Shown: piece after piece, positions 54,753-63,313 of the stretch
Layout of the letters: each line of letters opens with the position of its first letter
Numbering within the stretch: the stretch's first letter is position 1
Assembly: GCA_959608625.1 (NCBI GenBank)
Contig: CAUHQV010000006.1
Span: forward strand, 6,498-70,497
Direction: 5' to 3'
DNA length: 64,000 nt
Origin: an uncultured Flavobacteriales bacterium
GTDB taxonomy: Bacteria > Bacteroidota > Bacteroidia > Flavobacteriales > UBA1820
Translations under genes and position numbers: made by a program
The notes under the pieces: model-generated
The model's database searches: none
The model's input: only the letters and a program-made list of their open reading frames with translations
Told to the model about the DNA's origin: nothing

Positions 54753-55823
54753 TTATAAGGGTAAACGTCCGGTCAACAGGCCTGCTACACGGGGGGCGGA
54801 ACGGGCCAGCAAACGGTACACGGTTAGGGAAAGCACGATCACCACGGCTGGCGCCAGGAAATACACGGCGATGAGTTTTGGGTCTGTCGGAGGCGCGGAG
54901 AGGTTCAATGCCAGCCTTTTGACAAAGGTGAGCAGCGGATCGTGGAAAGCGAACAGGAAAAACCCCAACGCGCGCAGGGACGCATAGGATTTCTTTTTCC
55001 CGTACCGCTCGACAAGGTAGGCCACCAGGTTAGCCGTAAACACCATCCCGAGCAAAAACCCGGCCCTGTCCAGCGGCAGCATGTACCGGACATCCCGCAA
55101 CACCATGTTCACAACCAAAAGGACAGGGTAAATGATATAGACGGCTGTAGCGTATTTACGGAAAAACACGAGGAAGTCTTTTCCTTTCAGGCTGAAACAA
55201 GCCCCGAAAACAAAACAGGAAAAACTCTCTGCCATGAACGCCTGCCCCGGGGTGAACAGCCAGACCAGCAGCAGCACTCCCGCTCCCCACCAGCCGGTCA
55301 GTTTCACATAGAGCCGGATAAGGGGCGAGGCGAACCCCAGGATGATCAGGTTGCGGATATACCAGAACTGGTGCAGGATAGGCGTCCCGTTCCCCCAGTC
55401 CCAATCGCCTCCGTCCCAGAAAGCCCGGAAAAAATCTTTCAGGTCGTAATCCCGCACCAAAAGGTTATTCCCTGAAAAGAAATGAGACAAGGCCGGGATG
55501 CTTTGCAGGCAGAAATACATCGACAATATCAAACCGTTCCACAACAGGTAAGGCACCAGCAGGCTCCGGATTTCTTTCCGCAGCTTCATGCCGTAAGGCT
55601 GAGGACGGCAAAAGAACAGGTAACCCGAAATGAAAAACAGCGACGGTACAGCCACCTGTGCGATCTCCAGGGAGAAAAGAAAGCTGATGAATCGGTATCC
55701 GGAAAAATCGCCGGCCTCGACCATTCCCCGGGTCGAGGAATAGGAGTGGATCAGCACCACATAGAATATGAGCAGGAACCGTAATACGTCGATGGTTCGG
55801 GATTGCAGGTCGTTCTTGCGCAT
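54753..55823 (-). CDS. acyltransferase family 3 (membrane O-acyl/acetyltransferase)
   Basis: 356 aa, ~10 TM helices. N-terminal IDVLRFLLIFYVVLIHS typical of Acyl_transf_3. Confidence 0.8.
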   Translation of the reverse strand: MRKNDLQSRTIDVLRFLLIFYVVLIHSYSSTRGMVEAGDFSGYRFISFLFSLEIAQVAVPSLFFISGYLFFCRPQPYGMKLRKEIRSLLVPYLLWNGLILSMYFCLQSIPALSHFFSGNNLLVRDYDLKDFFRAFWDGGDWDWGNGTPILHQFWYIRNLIILGFASPLIRLYVKLTGWWGAGVLLLVWLFTPGQAFMAESFSCFVFGACFSLKGKDFLVFFRKYATAVYIIYPVLLVVNMVLRDVRYMLPLDRAGFLLGMVFTANLVAYLVERYGKKKSYASLRALGFFLFAFHDPLLTFVKRLALNLSAPPTDPKLIAVYFLAPAVVIVLSLTVYRLLARSAPRVAGLLTGRLPL

Positions 55824-55827
55824 ATTC

Positions 55828-57285
55828 TTAATTCCTTTTATTTATGATCCGGCGTATCCTCCCGGCAATATCGTATTCGCCCGTCCACTGGATATATCCC
55901 AACCCGACGATCAAAAAGATCAGACCCTTCCCGGCCAGCGACCAGACCAGAGGAGTACCCGACAAGCCCGCTCCGGCAAAATAAAGCACGGCCGACAACA
56001 GGGCGGTCAGCCCGAGCGGGGAAAGAAACTGCTTCCAGAACGGCCCCCAGGAAAGCCGGAGAGCTTTGTAATACAGCAGGTAATAGCACTGCACGAAATT
56101 GACGGTGAACGAAATGCAAATGCACCAGGCTACCGCTTCAAGGGACTGGAATACGAATATGCCCAGTACGATCCCGGCCACATTGAGTACGGTGGACAGA
56201 ACCCCGCTTATGAACATCGTGCGGGTGGAATTAGCCGCCTGGAAAATGGAACCGGACGTGGAAAGGACGATTTGTATCCCTACCGAAAGGGCGAGTATCT
56301 GGAACACCGGCACAGAGGGTTCCCACCGATCCCCGAAAACGATCAGTACGATCTCCCGGGCACCGGAGAACAACAGGGCCGACAAGGGAAATCCGATGAA
56401 CGCCAGTATCCGTACCACCTTCAGGTACGAATCGGACAGGCGCTTCAGGTCGTTTTGGAGGTCGGCGAATACCGGATGCATCACCGGCGATATGACATGC
56501 GTGATATTTTGCAGCGGGAGCATCATCAGCCGGTACGATTTTTCGTAATAACCCAACAGAGTCATGTTCATATATTTGCCTATCAATAGCTTATCGAGGT
56601 TCCGCGAAAAATAGTTGATCAGGTTGAAAAAGAATTGGTACATCGAAAACGAAAATATCTTCCGGATCGATTCGACCCCCCACGTAAGGCGCAGTCGCTG
56701 GGGATTTTGCCGGAAATTCACCACGAAAAGCAGGATGCTCGACCCGATCGGAGCTATCACGAGGGCGTATATCCCCATTCCATGCAAAGCCGCTACGATG
56801 GCCGCCGTACCGCAGACCGTCTGCACCGCAAGGGTACGAAAGGCGATAAAACGGAACCTCTTTGCTTTGTAAAGCAACGCGTTAGGCACGATATTGGCCG
56901 AGGCAAAGAAGAGATTTACCGACAGCCACTGGCAAATGTGCAGAAGGGCGGGCTCTTCGTAATAGCCGGCCACCAGCCACGAACAGGCAAAAAACAATCC
57001 GGCCAGGATCGCCCCGCTCCACACCGTGAAGGAAAATATATTGCTCAGGTCTTTCTTTTCGAGGTCCCGGTACTGGATCACGGCGGGTGCGATACCCAGG
57101 TCGCTGAAAATACCGAAGAATGTGATGATGACCGTCGCAATGGCCATCACCCCGAAATCGGCCTGGGATATGGTCGGCACACGAGCCAACACTCCCATCA
57201 CAGCCAGCGAAACGAGGATACCCGCGTATTTGGCTACAGCTGTATAGAATACGCCTGTGGTCAGTTGTTTTCCGGTAGAATTCAT
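55828..57285 (-). CDS. wzx: oligosaccharide flippase (Wzx, MOP superfamily)
   Basis: 485 aa, ~12-14 TM helices. N-terminal GVFYTAVAKYAGILVSLAVMGVLARV... is the typical polysaccharide-biosynthesis-protein pattern. Confidence 0.82.
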   Translation of the reverse strand: MNSTGKQLTTGVFYTAVAKYAGILVSLAVMGVLARVPTISQADFGVMAIATVIITFFGIFSDLGIAPAVIQYRDLEKKDLSNIFSFTVWSGAILAGLFFACSWLVAGYYEEPALLHICQWLSVNLFFASANIVPNALLYKAKRFRFIAFRTLAVQTVCGTAAIVAALHGMGIYALVIAPIGSSILLFVVNFRQNPQRLRLTWGVESIRKIFSFSMYQFFFNLINYFSRNLDKLLIGKYMNMTLLGYYEKSYRLMMLPLQNITHVISPVMHPVFADLQNDLKRLSDSYLKVVRILAFIGFPLSALLFSGAREIVLIVFGDRWEPSVPVFQILALSVGIQIVLSTSGSIFQAANSTRTMFISGVLSTVLNVAGIVLGIFVFQSLEAVAWCICISFTVNFVQCYYLLYYKALRLSWGPFWKQFLSPLGLTALLSAVLYFAGAGLSGTPLVWSLAGKGLIFLIVGLGYIQWTGEYDIAGRIRRIINKRN

Positions 57286-58223
57286 CGGCGGCGTATCTTA
57301 TCGAACGGTTTTTTACCCAAAAGGACGGCCAAAGTCCGCGGACGGACATACCGGGGATACTTCCTCATAGCTTCCCAGGCGACGGAGAGCCGCTGGGAAA
57401 ACGGAAGTTCGTAAGCCTTGCCCACGGCCGGGTTGATCATCCGGCACAGGAACGTATCGACCAATCCCTTTCGAGCGGAGGTTTCCCCGCGGGCAAAAAG
57501 CCGCAGTTGGTCGGCTACGGTGAAATACCCCCGAATATTGCGCATCGACACGCGGGCGGTCATCGTGGAATTGCCCCGAAACCGACGCTTGAAGAACGCT
57601 TCGGGAATGATCCCGGCCCTTTCGGCCCGGACGTAGCACAGGAAAGTGAACAATTCATCCTCGTGTACGATACCCGGATAGAATTTCAGTCCGGCGCGCG
57701 ACAAATACGCCCGGCGGATGAAGTTCAGGCACACCGAAGCCCGGTGGGCATAACGTCCCATCAGGGCGCCGAGCAGTTCTTCGCCCGTATAAACTCTATC
57801 TTCCAATCCGGCAGTACGGTGGTAATAGGCCGGATCGAAGCAGCCCGGATCGCCGAAAATATTCGCATCGAACAGCACGAGATCGAGCGCATTTTCTTCG
57901 CACTTTCGGCAGCAGCACTCTAAGGCTCTGGGGTCCAGCAGGTCATCGCTGTCCATAAAGTACACGTATTTCCCCTTTGCCTGCCCCAGTCCGGTATTGC
58001 GGGCGACGGATTGCCCCTGGTTCGCCTGGGAGAAGACCCGGATACGGCTGTCCGCCGCGGCCATCCCGCGGACGATCGACAGGCTGGCATCGGTAGAGCC
58101 ATCGTCCACCACGATGATCTCTATGCCGCGCAGCGTCTGCCCGGCGATCGATTCCAGCGTCTGCCGGATATAGTCCTGCGTGTTATACACCGGGATTATG
58201 ACGCTCACTTTAGGGGTTTCCAT
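57282..58223 (-). CDS. family 2 glycosyltransferase
   Basis: 313 aa. VSVIIPVYNTQDYI, VVDDGSTDAS, YFMDSDD (DxD). Confidence 0.88.
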   Translation of the reverse strand: METPKVSVIIPVYNTQDYIRQTLESIAGQTLRGIEIIVVDDGSTDASLSIVRGMAAADSRIRVFSQANQGQSVARNTGLGQAKGKYVYFMDSDDLLDPRALECCCRKCEENALDLVLFDANIFGDPGCFDPAYYHRTAGLEDRVYTGEELLGALMGRYAHRASVCLNFIRRAYLSRAGLKFYPGIVHEDELFTFLCYVRAERAGIIPEAFFKRRFRGNSTMTARVSMRNIRGYFTVADQLRLFARGETSARKGLVDTFLCRMINPAVGKAYELPFSQRLSVAWEAMRKYPRYVRPRTLAVLLGKKPFDKIRRR

Positions 58224-58237
58224 CCGTATTTTCGGTG

Positions 58238-59380
58238 CTACAGGTTTTTCAGCGAATATTTATCCGAATACCAATAGTCGTCCGGGCGGTCTATATCGAG
58301 GTATCGCTTGATCCCGCCGTAAAGGTCCTGCGTGATCTCGATACTCGGACCGTTATTGCCTTCTATCAGCAGGGGGCCTTCCTCGGAAAGGGCGACATCC
58401 CAGCCCACATATTTTATCGGGGCGTATTTCTCGGCCACCGAGATAGCAAATTCCCGCACTTGATCCCACATCGGAATCCGGGAACCGGCAAATACCCGGT
58501 GTGTATCGGGATGCTCGGTAAAAATCTCCCGGGTATCGGCGATCGCCTCGGCCCCCAGTTCACCAGTAAGGGCGTTTATCTTCACATATACCCCGCCGCT
58601 GCTCGCGTTGTCCACCTGGCGGCCACCGCAGCCCATCCGCGAAAGGGTGAGCACGATATCGGCCCGGCCATTCTCGCAGCGGGTGATCACCCGGAACGTA
58701 TTGACCGCATGCGGATAAAATTCGTTCATCCCGGGATGTTGGCGCACTCCTTCCTGAACGACATATTCTTCGCCCGCCAAACCGAAGAGGTATTCGGTGT
58801 CGAGCCGCTCTCCGTTCAATGGATCGGAAAAACCGTCCTCCCGGCGGTTGAAGACCTGTATGCCTTTCCCGCCGACCCCGAAAGTGGGTTTTACGAATAT
58901 CTTATCGGCCTTACTGCCGGCAAGTATCTCCCGGCAGGCGGATATATCCAACGGATTCAGTTCTTCGGACAGTACACGGCCTCCCCGGATAAAGAACAGG
59001 GTCTTCGGTTGGCGGATACCCAGCCCTTTGTTGACTGCATACATCAGCTGCTTGTCCTCGCAAAGCATATTGCGGTCCTTGAACGACATCGGAAATACGA
59101 GGTAATACGCGAAGAAATCGGGGACATATTCCTTCATCTGTTCGAGGGTCAGCGCACAGTCCCGGCGGTAGAACCCATACCGGTAATAATGGACGGGGTC
59201 TACGCGCCAATACTTCTCGAGCGCCTTTATCTCCCGGCGGATCACGCCGGGGGCTTTCTTTTGGTCGCAGCGCGCGAAAGCGTCGGTATAGTTTTTGTAG
59301 TAGTCCCGGTAATAGGCCCTATGGGCTTTTTCCGAGCGCTTTTTCAGTATATAGTAGAGGTATTCGCGAAACGTGTGCAT
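58238..59380 (-). CDS. sugar-transfer-associated ATP-grasp family protein (amidoligase-like)
   Basis: 380 aa. KIFVKPTFGVGGKGIQVF (ATP-grasp P-loop-like strand) and C-terminal VGWDVALSEEGPLLIEGNNGPSIE are typical of the ATP-grasp families found in glycan loci. Confidence 0.72.
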   Translation of the reverse strand: MHTFREYLYYILKKRSEKAHRAYYRDYYKNYTDAFARCDQKKAPGVIRREIKALEKYWRVDPVHYYRYGFYRRDCALTLEQMKEYVPDFFAYYLVFPMSFKDRNMLCEDKQLMYAVNKGLGIRQPKTLFFIRGGRVLSEELNPLDISACREILAGSKADKIFVKPTFGVGGKGIQVFNRREDGFSDPLNGERLDTEYLFGLAGEEYVVQEGVRQHPGMNEFYPHAVNTFRVITRCENGRADIVLTLSRMGCGGRQVDNASSGGVYVKINALTGELGAEAIADTREIFTEHPDTHRVFAGSRIPMWDQVREFAISVAEKYAPIKYVGWDVALSEEGPLLIEGNNGPSIEITQDLYGGIKRYLDIDRPDDYWYSDKYSLKNL

Positions 59381-59393
59381 GATTGTTCCCGTA

Positions 59394-60026
59394 TTATTCC
59401 GTTCTGATCCATTTTTTTTGCTGGTGGTCGTAGCGTTTGATCACCCGGGCCGGATTGCCTACCGCCACGCAATAGGAAGGGATGTCCTTGGTCACCACGC
59501 TGCCGGCGCCCACCTGCACCCGCTCGCCGATATGCACCCCGGCCACCACCACCGAATTGGCTCCGATGTGCGATTCCTGTCCGATCACTATTTCCTTGCG
59601 TTCGAGGGGCTGTTCGTTGGAATCGCAGGTCCCGTCCGAATAGCCGTGGTTGAACCCCGAGACGAACACGTGCTGGCCCAATCCTACCCGCGGCCCAAAA
59701 GTGACGGGCCCGATCACCACCGATCCTATTCCGATACGTGCCCCCTCACCGATCACCACGTCGCCCGCACCGTTATTGACCACCGTAAAGTCTTCGACCA
59801 AAGCACCTGCCCCCACATCGAACCGGTGCCAGGGAAATACGTCTATCCGCGAACGGCGGCGGCGCACGACGGCCCCTTTGCCTTTATGGTGGATAAAAGG
59901 GTTCACCAGCCACCGCACCCACAGCCTGGGCCGGGGATTCCGAGGGGACGAAACAGCCCACAACACCCGTTTTTTCAGCCCGGGGCTTTGTTTCATCTTA
60001 TCTATTATCTTGTGAAAAACGGACAT
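59394..60026 (-). CDS. hexapeptide-repeat (LbH) acetyltransferase
   Basis: 210 aa. Repeated [LIV]-G-x4 hexapeptides, e.g. IGANSVVVAGVHIGERVQVGAGSVVTKDIPSYCVAVGNPARVIK. Confidence 0.85.
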   Translation of the reverse strand: MSVFHKIIDKMKQSPGLKKRVLWAVSSPRNPRPRLWVRWLVNPFIHHKGKGAVVRRRRSRIDVFPWHRFDVGAGALVEDFTVVNNGAGDVVIGEGARIGIGSVVIGPVTFGPRVGLGQHVFVSGFNHGYSDGTCDSNEQPLERKEIVIGQESHIGANSVVVAGVHIGERVQVGAGSVVTKDIPSYCVAVGNPARVIKRYDHQQKKWIRTE

Positions 60027-60098
60027 AGTTCGATTTTAAATTAGTATACGCGATGCTTGCGCTTCAACTGTTTTTTATTCTATCGCCGACATAAACCT

Positions 60099-61235
60099 TT
60101 ATTTGACCGCCCCGGTAGAAGCTTCCCATTCTTTATAAATTTTCAGCAGCCCTCGTGCCGTCTGTTCCCAGGAGAATGCTTTGACCCGCTCGAGTCCGTA
60201 AGCGACCTGATCCCGGCGGTACTGCGGGTCGGTCTCCAATTCCCGGATTTCCCCCGCTATCCGGGCCGGATCGTAAGGGTCGACCAAAACAGCACCCCCA
60301 CCGGCTATCTCCGGGATGGCGGACGCATCCGAAGTGATCACCGGGGTACCGCAGGCCATCGCCTCCAGCAGGGGAATGCCGAAACTCTCCCGGAAAGAGG
60401 TGTAGAGGAACGCCTGCGCCCCGGTATAGATGGCCGGAAGGTCGGTATTTGGGATATACCCGGCCAGGCGCAGCAACGGGCGGATGAATTCGATATCTTG
60501 TTCCCGGAGTATTGCATCCACTACGTCCTGCCCCAGATCCGCGATCAACAGCGGAGCGGGGGCCATGGTTTGGCTCGCGTACAAAGCATAGGCCTTGAGC
60601 GTGCCGGGCGTATTCTTTTTCGGGTCGGTATTGCCCAGGAAAAACAAGTAGCGCTCGTCGGGCAGATACTTGCTCACAGTCTCCCGGTAATTTTCCACCG
60701 GACGGAAATGGCTGCTGAAGCCATTGTGGACGGCTACGATACGGCCGGCCGGAAGGCCGAGCGCCTTTTGGATGCGGTCGCATTCGAACTGCGAAACGGT
60801 GATGATCTTTTCGCACTTGGGCAAAATACGCGGCACCACGAAACGCCTGTACACGCGTCCCATATTCTGGTAGGCCGATTTATTGGTATCCTGGCGTTTT
60901 TCCAGGAAAATGATGTCGTGCAGGGTGAGGACCAGGGGAACCGGACACCGGATGGGCGCCGTATTGCTGGTGCAGTGCAACAAGTCGGGCTTGACTTTCC
61001 GCAGGGCCGCCGGCAGGGCGGCCTGTTCCCACAGGGGATAGGTCGGGCATTTCACTTCGACGATCCGCAGGTTGTCCGATTCTTCCAGACAGCGGTCGGG
61101 GCCGGGGGCCACGAAGATGAAATACTCGTTCTCCCGGTCGATCTTTTGCAGCTGCCGGATGGTCTCCAAAGCCACAAAATCCATCCCGTGTTTATTGGGG
61201 CGGAATATACGCTGTGCTTCTATCGCTATTTTCAT
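60099..61235 (-). CDS. family 1 (GT4-type) glycosyltransferase
   Basis: 378 aa. C-terminal FLYTSFRESFGIPLLEAMACGTPVITSDASAIPEI contains the E-x7-E retaining GT4 motif. Confidence 0.9.
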   Translation of the reverse strand: MKIAIEAQRIFRPNKHGMDFVALETIRQLQKIDRENEYFIFVAPGPDRCLEESDNLRIVEVKCPTYPLWEQAALPAALRKVKPDLLHCTSNTAPIRCPVPLVLTLHDIIFLEKRQDTNKSAYQNMGRVYRRFVVPRILPKCEKIITVSQFECDRIQKALGLPAGRIVAVHNGFSSHFRPVENYRETVSKYLPDERYLFFLGNTDPKKNTPGTLKAYALYASQTMAPAPLLIADLGQDVVDAILREQDIEFIRPLLRLAGYIPNTDLPAIYTGAQAFLYTSFRESFGIPLLEAMACGTPVITSDASAIPEIAGGGAVLVDPYDPARIAGEIRELETDPQYRRDQVAYGLERVKAFSWEQTARGLLKIYKEWEASTGAVK

Positions 61236-61247
61236 GATCCGGGCGGA

Positions 61248-62408
61248 TTAATGGGAATGTTCGGTATGGATGAATTTTTTGGAGGCCCCGCGCGTGCGGA
61301 ACATATTGACCGCCATCATCAGCCCCAGAAGGGGTATTTTGCGGATCGCCTTTTTGAAACTTTTGTCCACCAGATAGTCCGGAACGGCCATCGCCAAAGC
61401 AAACAGGAGCATCAAAAGGAGCATCCACCATTTCAGGGATCGCGTCCAGTCTATCAAAAGGAAGACCACGGCGCAAATACCTACGGCCCCCAAGAGCAAC
61501 ACTCGGGGAGGCATCATCCACTGGATCAGCTTGTCGCAGTAGTCGTAATTCCCGCTTGCCAAAGCCCCCGGGAAATCCCGGAGCCCTTGTCCCAGCGCGG
61601 CAAACTGGGCGGCCAGCCAGCGCCGGCGCTGGCGGTAGAACGCTCCGCTTTTGGACGTCTTTTCGTCGCACACGTCTACATGGGGCAGGTAGCCGATGTA
61701 CACGCCCTGGCGCAGCAGGAGCGCCTCGAGTTCCTTGTCCTCCCCGGCGGTGGAGATACGTCGGACATTTTCCCGAAACCACTTGTAGTCGAACGCCATC
61801 CCGGAACCGATCAGAGCGGAGGAAAAACCGAGGTTCACATGCCCCTTACGGAAAACGGAATTGTTGATCTCCTCGCTCACCGCATCCAGCACCGCCGTAT
61901 CGGTATTGCGGTTCTTGGCCATCCGGTGCGCCTGCATCGCCAGGATACCGGCATCATATGCATTGTTGATCTCCCGTAAGAAATCCGGCCCTACGGTATT
62001 GTCCGCATCCAGTATCGCTACGATATCGTACGGTTCTTCTTCCAACGAGTCGACGGCCAGGTTGAGCGCTTTGGCTTTGGAACTGTCTACATATTGCGCT
62101 TTGAACAGGCGGATCGGGAGCTGCGAAAGTTTTTGGTCTGTCCCGGGCTCCATCTTGTCGGAGATGACCGCCACTTCATACCTATCCTGCGGATAATCCT
62201 GAGTGAGGACGGAACGTACAGTCGCCTCGATCACCTTGTCCTCTTTGTACGCCGGTATCAACACGACGATCCGGTGAGGGATTTCGGCGGCCGGAAACCG
62301 TTCCCTCCCCCGGCGCAGGGACCAAAGGGCGAATACGAAAAGGTACAGCACTCCGGAGGCCAGGAGGATAAAAAGGAAGGTATCCATAGCGGATAGTACA
62401 GTACTCAT
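61248..62408 (-). CDS. membrane-embedded family 2 glycosyltransferase with processive-type QRRRW motif
   Basis: 386 aa. N-terminal TM, VVLIPAYKEDKVI, ILDADN (DxD), GEDKEL, QRRRW (Q-x-x-R-W), then C-terminal TM helices. Confidence 0.82.
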   Translation of the reverse strand: MSTVLSAMDTFLFILLASGVLYLFVFALWSLRRGRERFPAAEIPHRIVVLIPAYKEDKVIEATVRSVLTQDYPQDRYEVAVISDKMEPGTDQKLSQLPIRLFKAQYVDSSKAKALNLAVDSLEEEPYDIVAILDADNTVGPDFLREINNAYDAGILAMQAHRMAKNRNTDTAVLDAVSEEINNSVFRKGHVNLGFSSALIGSGMAFDYKWFRENVRRISTAGEDKELEALLLRQGVYIGYLPHVDVCDEKTSKSGAFYRQRRRWLAAQFAALGQGLRDFPGALASGNYDYCDKLIQWMMPPRVLLLGAVGICAVVFLLIDWTRSLKWWMLLLMLLFALAMAVPDYLVDKSFKKAIRKIPLLGLMMAVNMFRTRGASKKFIHTEHSH

Positions 62409-63313
62409 GGTTTGCGGTCTGTTTTCGGTTTAAGATGGAAAAAGGCACTGTAGCCTCGCCAAACGGCTCCCGCCAGACCGGGTTTCCCTTTCAGCAGATA
62501 CCGGAGGCTGTTTTTCGGTGCGGCCACCGCCAACTGGTAAGCGATACCCAGGTATTTTTCAGCCCCTTTCCGGTTGCGCCAGGCATACAGCAGGCGGTTG
62601 CGGGAGAGATAATACGTTTTCAGGGGACTGGCGCGGCCCGTAGAGGCGCTTTCCTTGTGGAAAACCGTGCTGCGGGGTTCGTACCATATCTCGTACCCGG
62701 CCTCCGTGATACGGGTAGACCAGTCCAGTTCCTCATAGTACAGGAAATACATTTCCGGCATATCGCCCACGCGTTCCAGCACCTCGCGTTTGACCATCAT
62801 GGCAGCCCCATGCGCGTACGGGGTGGCCGCCGGAGAGTCGAACCGCCCATCGTCCGGACAGTCAAACCCTACAAGGTCGTTGCGCAGGGTGATGCGGGAG
62901 AGCGGGGTGTATCCGGCGAACTGAATATGCTCCGGAGCGAAAGCGAAACGGATCTTGGGGCATACGGCCCCTATACGGGATGAAGAGTCCAGCCTCTCCA
63001 CCAGATAACGGAGGGAATCGTCCCGTACCAGGGTATCGTTGTTCAGCAACAGGATATAGTCCCCGGTAGCCCTTTTAAAACCCAGGTTGTTGCCCCCGGC
63101 AAAACCGAGGTTCTCTTCGCTCCGCACGGCGACCACGTCCGGGAAACGGGCCGCTATCACGGCCGCTTCGTCGCGCAGGGAGCCGTTGTCCACCACGATG
63201 ACTTCGTAGGGATAGGATACATTCGCCCGTAGGGATTCCAACATTTGGCAGGTATCCTCACAACCGTTGTAATTGACCGTTACGATCGATATTTTTTTAC
63301 CGATGGTGTTCAT
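62405..63313 (-). CDS. family 2 glycosyltransferase
   Basis: 302 aa. ISIVTVNYNGCEDT, VVDNGSLRDE, LLLNNDT (DxD-like), YYEELDW. Confidence 0.88.
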   Translation of the reverse strand: MNTIGKKISIVTVNYNGCEDTCQMLESLRANVSYPYEVIVVDNGSLRDEAAVIAARFPDVVAVRSEENLGFAGGNNLGFKRATGDYILLLNNDTLVRDDSLRYLVERLDSSSRIGAVCPKIRFAFAPEHIQFAGYTPLSRITLRNDLVGFDCPDDGRFDSPAATPYAHGAAMMVKREVLERVGDMPEMYFLYYEELDWSTRITEAGYEIWYEPRSTVFHKESASTGRASPLKTYYLSRNRLLYAWRNRKGAEKYLGIAYQLAVAAPKNSLRYLLKGKPGLAGAVWRGYSAFFHLKPKTDRKP

